Of a stretch of 64,000 bases of DNA, positions 61,646 through 64,000 are shown piece by piece. The translations under genes were made by a program, and so were the position numbers. Origin of the DNA: Asterias amurensis (Eukaryota); the NCBI RefSeq assembly GCF_032118995.1, contig NC_092661.1:19654621-19718620 (forward strand), in the 5' to 3' direction. Position 1 is the stretch's first letter. Each line of letters begins with the position of its first letter. A model generated the notes under the pieces. The model was not told the DNA's origin and made no database searches. It worked only from the letters and a program-made list of their open reading frames with translations.

Positions 61646-63035
61646 CAAATAATTTTGTTCATTGGGTGCCAAGAGAAGGGGCAAGTTTCGAGCACCCTCA
61701 TGCTCAGAGCTCAATGCAAATATTGAGTCCCTGTCACCTGCATTATAACTTACTCATCAGAGGTCAGGGATTCACCTGAGATCATTAGGTTTAATTTGTG
61801 GTATGGCTACATCTTACAAACTGCTCTACCACACCCCCCCCCCCTCCTCTCGCAGTCTCTCTCTCTAATGATGTGATTCTGCAACTGTACTAAGATGCAT
61901 CATTGTGAATCTGACTTACAACAGAACATTATCAATTGTTAAACAAAAGTAATTATGCTTCCCTCTCTAAATATTTGAAATCGGTACTATCTGTCATATT
62001 TATCACAGGTTGGTCTTGCTGATAACAAAAAGTTGAGGAACCAGTCAAGTTGAACTGCCTTGTTATGTAGGTAAGTGAAATTAATAACTGATATGATTGT
62101 GAAGTAAAATAAGACATGTGTCCATAATAGACTGGTGCTTTGTCAACAATGTCTTTAGTATCAATTTAGAAACCACAAGGGAAACTTGTACATTTGAAAT
62201 ATTTGAGGTTGAACAAAGAAAAACTGACTAGTGGGATTTGAACCAAACATAAAGTTTACTGCGCCGGCACTCTTTAAACTGAGCTATCTAACCCTTGACA
62301 GTCTCCCTATTTTGTCAACTTGGTGTACATAACTTCCAATTTCCAAATCGATCAGAACTTTAACTATATTTTCTATGTAATTGTAATTCGTTGTTTACTG
62401 GTTTTTCTCAATTATTCATTCCTTAGTAGGCCCTATTTGGTGTTCTGCTTTTCAATGTCTTAACATACAAATAGTTGATGAATAATTGATGGGGTGTAAA
62501 AAATAAAGGTCGTGAAGAATACGGGTTAAAGGTCTAGAGGAAGTTGCGGAGTAAAGGTCATGAGGAGTTTGGGAGTAAAGGTCAAGAAGAATTCGTTGGG
62601 GTAAACAAAAAACTCTGTCCCAAAATTATCTTGATTTTCTGAGGTATTTTATTCTGTTCCTGAGTTCTTTAAAAATTATGCTCCAAGGGTATTATTCATC
62701 CAAGGGACTTGCTGTAATAACAATGTATGGCTTATCAAAATACTTTCAATCGGCTTGCAACCCTGACTTTTTTTTTATGAGATTGGTGAATTATGATTTC
62801 TGCATAATAAGCAAAACTTTTAATTACTAAAATTTGTCTTTCTACAATCTCTCAAACACTTGTGCAAAGCTGTAACATGCCATCGTGCCAAGGCTTATGT
62901 CTTTTTTTTTACGTTAGCACTGCTGATAATATGTCGTACAATTAAAAAAATTCACATTTTATTTAATTAAATTTGAAGAATTTTAGCGCCGAAATTATAC
63001 AAAACTACCTTTTATGTTTGATATTCTTAGCCTTT

Positions 63036-63422
63036 AAAGGCAGTGGACACTATTGGTAATTACTCAAAATAATTATTACAATAAAACCTTTCTTGGTGAC
63101 GAGTAATGGGGAGAGGTTGTTGATGGTATAAAACATTGTGAGAAACGGCTCCCTCTGAAGTGCCATAGTTTTCCATAAAGAAGTAATTTTCCACGAATTT
63201 GATTTCGAGACCTCGGATTTAGAACTTGAGGTCTCGAAATCAACCATCAAACGCATACAAGTTCATGTGACAAGGGTGTTTTTTCTTTCACTATTATCTC
63301 GCAAGTTCGATAACCGATTGAGCTCAAATTTTCACAGCTTTATTATTTTATGCATATGTTGAGATACACCAACTGTGAAGGCTAGTCTTTGACAATTACC
63401 AATAGTGTCCACTGCCTTTAAA
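63036..63422 (-). mobile_element. MITE family 2 copy, reverse orientation
   Basis: Same TIRs and internal hairpin. Confidence 0.8.
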
Positions 63423-63767
63423 TTTGAAAAATTTAAGCACCGAAAATATACACAACCATGTTTGATATTCTTAGCCTTTAAGATGGGTCACCAGTTACGA
63501 TGGCTGTTGACATATGGAATTACGGGAAGATATAATTGCATTAGATAACCTCGTAACGTACTGTAAAGTGGTTCCACAATGTACCGAATAAAATGCGTTC
63601 CTCGCCGTTTCTAACATTATCAAATTTGTCTTTCAAGAGATGGAAAGAAAAGATCATTTGAATTGTTTGTTTAAAGTGGTTCACTGTACGTGACGTCAGA
63701 CGTTAATCAATACTCTCCCCGCGTGCAATACTATAAGCTCCTTTGCAGTAGTAGCCCTGACCCCGAT

Positions 63768-63927
63768 TTCACGAAACTCATCGCAAGTAGCGACGCATCG
63801 TAGGGTTTGCGAACTCGTCGCCAGACCTATAAGACACGCTGCGGCTGCGACGAGTTCGCAACTTACGACGTGTAATCGGTCGCAACTTGCACTTGCAACG
63901 CGTCGCAGCGCGTCGTGAAATCGGGGG
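63768..63927. mobile_element. MITE (TIR ccccgatttcacgaaactcatcgcaagtagcgacg…cgtcgcagcgcgtcgtgaaatcggggg)
   Basis: Inverted termini; CpG-rich. Confidence 0.55.
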
Positions 63928-64000
63928 CTGGAACGATGCTAGCTGCCAATCTTCCCAAACGAATATCACCACAGCTTTTAGTGTCAGTGCGGATTATGCA

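Overview
This is eukaryotic (metazoan, probably an invertebrate deuterostome or similar) nuclear DNA. It is AT-rich, has GT-AG introns, and carries many MITEs and tRNA-derived SINEs. Four protein-coding genes can be reconstructed from the sequence.

1. A TRPA1-like ankyrin-repeat TRP channel on the minus strand runs from a serine-rich first exon at about 21505 to beyond the left edge of the window. I traced 19 exons covering the ankyrin repeats, the linker and transmembrane helices S1-S4. The 3' end lies outside the window.
2. A five-exon conserved hypothetical gene sits on the minus strand at 25584..28117. It has a lysine-rich N-terminus and a C-terminal domain containing WFQWY, FYLGRR and GFKGRW motifs. 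It lies head-to-head with gene 3, about 640 bp from it.
3. A complete SEC63 homologue with 22 coding exons is on the plus strand at 28761..45144. It has a J-domain exon and an acidic C-terminus.
4. A six-exon SFT2-domain vesicle-transport gene (SFT2D1/2-like) is on the plus strand at 48383..56712.

The introns and intergenic DNA hold many mobile elements and repeats:
- a 79-bp minisatellite of about 2.2 kb that abuts a TRPA1 splice donor;
- a 55-bp minisatellite that reiterates the acceptor and first bases of SEC63 exon 19;
- an internally deleted Tc1/mariner element with long TIRs and a transposase remnant;
- a 1.58-kb hAT-like element with an 8-bp TSD;
- at least five copies of a roughly 380-bp hairpin-core MITE family, plus related MITE families;
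- a roughly 440-bp palindrome made of head-to-head tRNA-SINEs;
- a Deu-like SINE inserted into a 120-bp tandem array.

A TRPA1 linker exon, with both splice sites intact, is duplicated in the opposite orientation about 52 kb away. No prokaryotic-style system (CRISPR or operon) is present.
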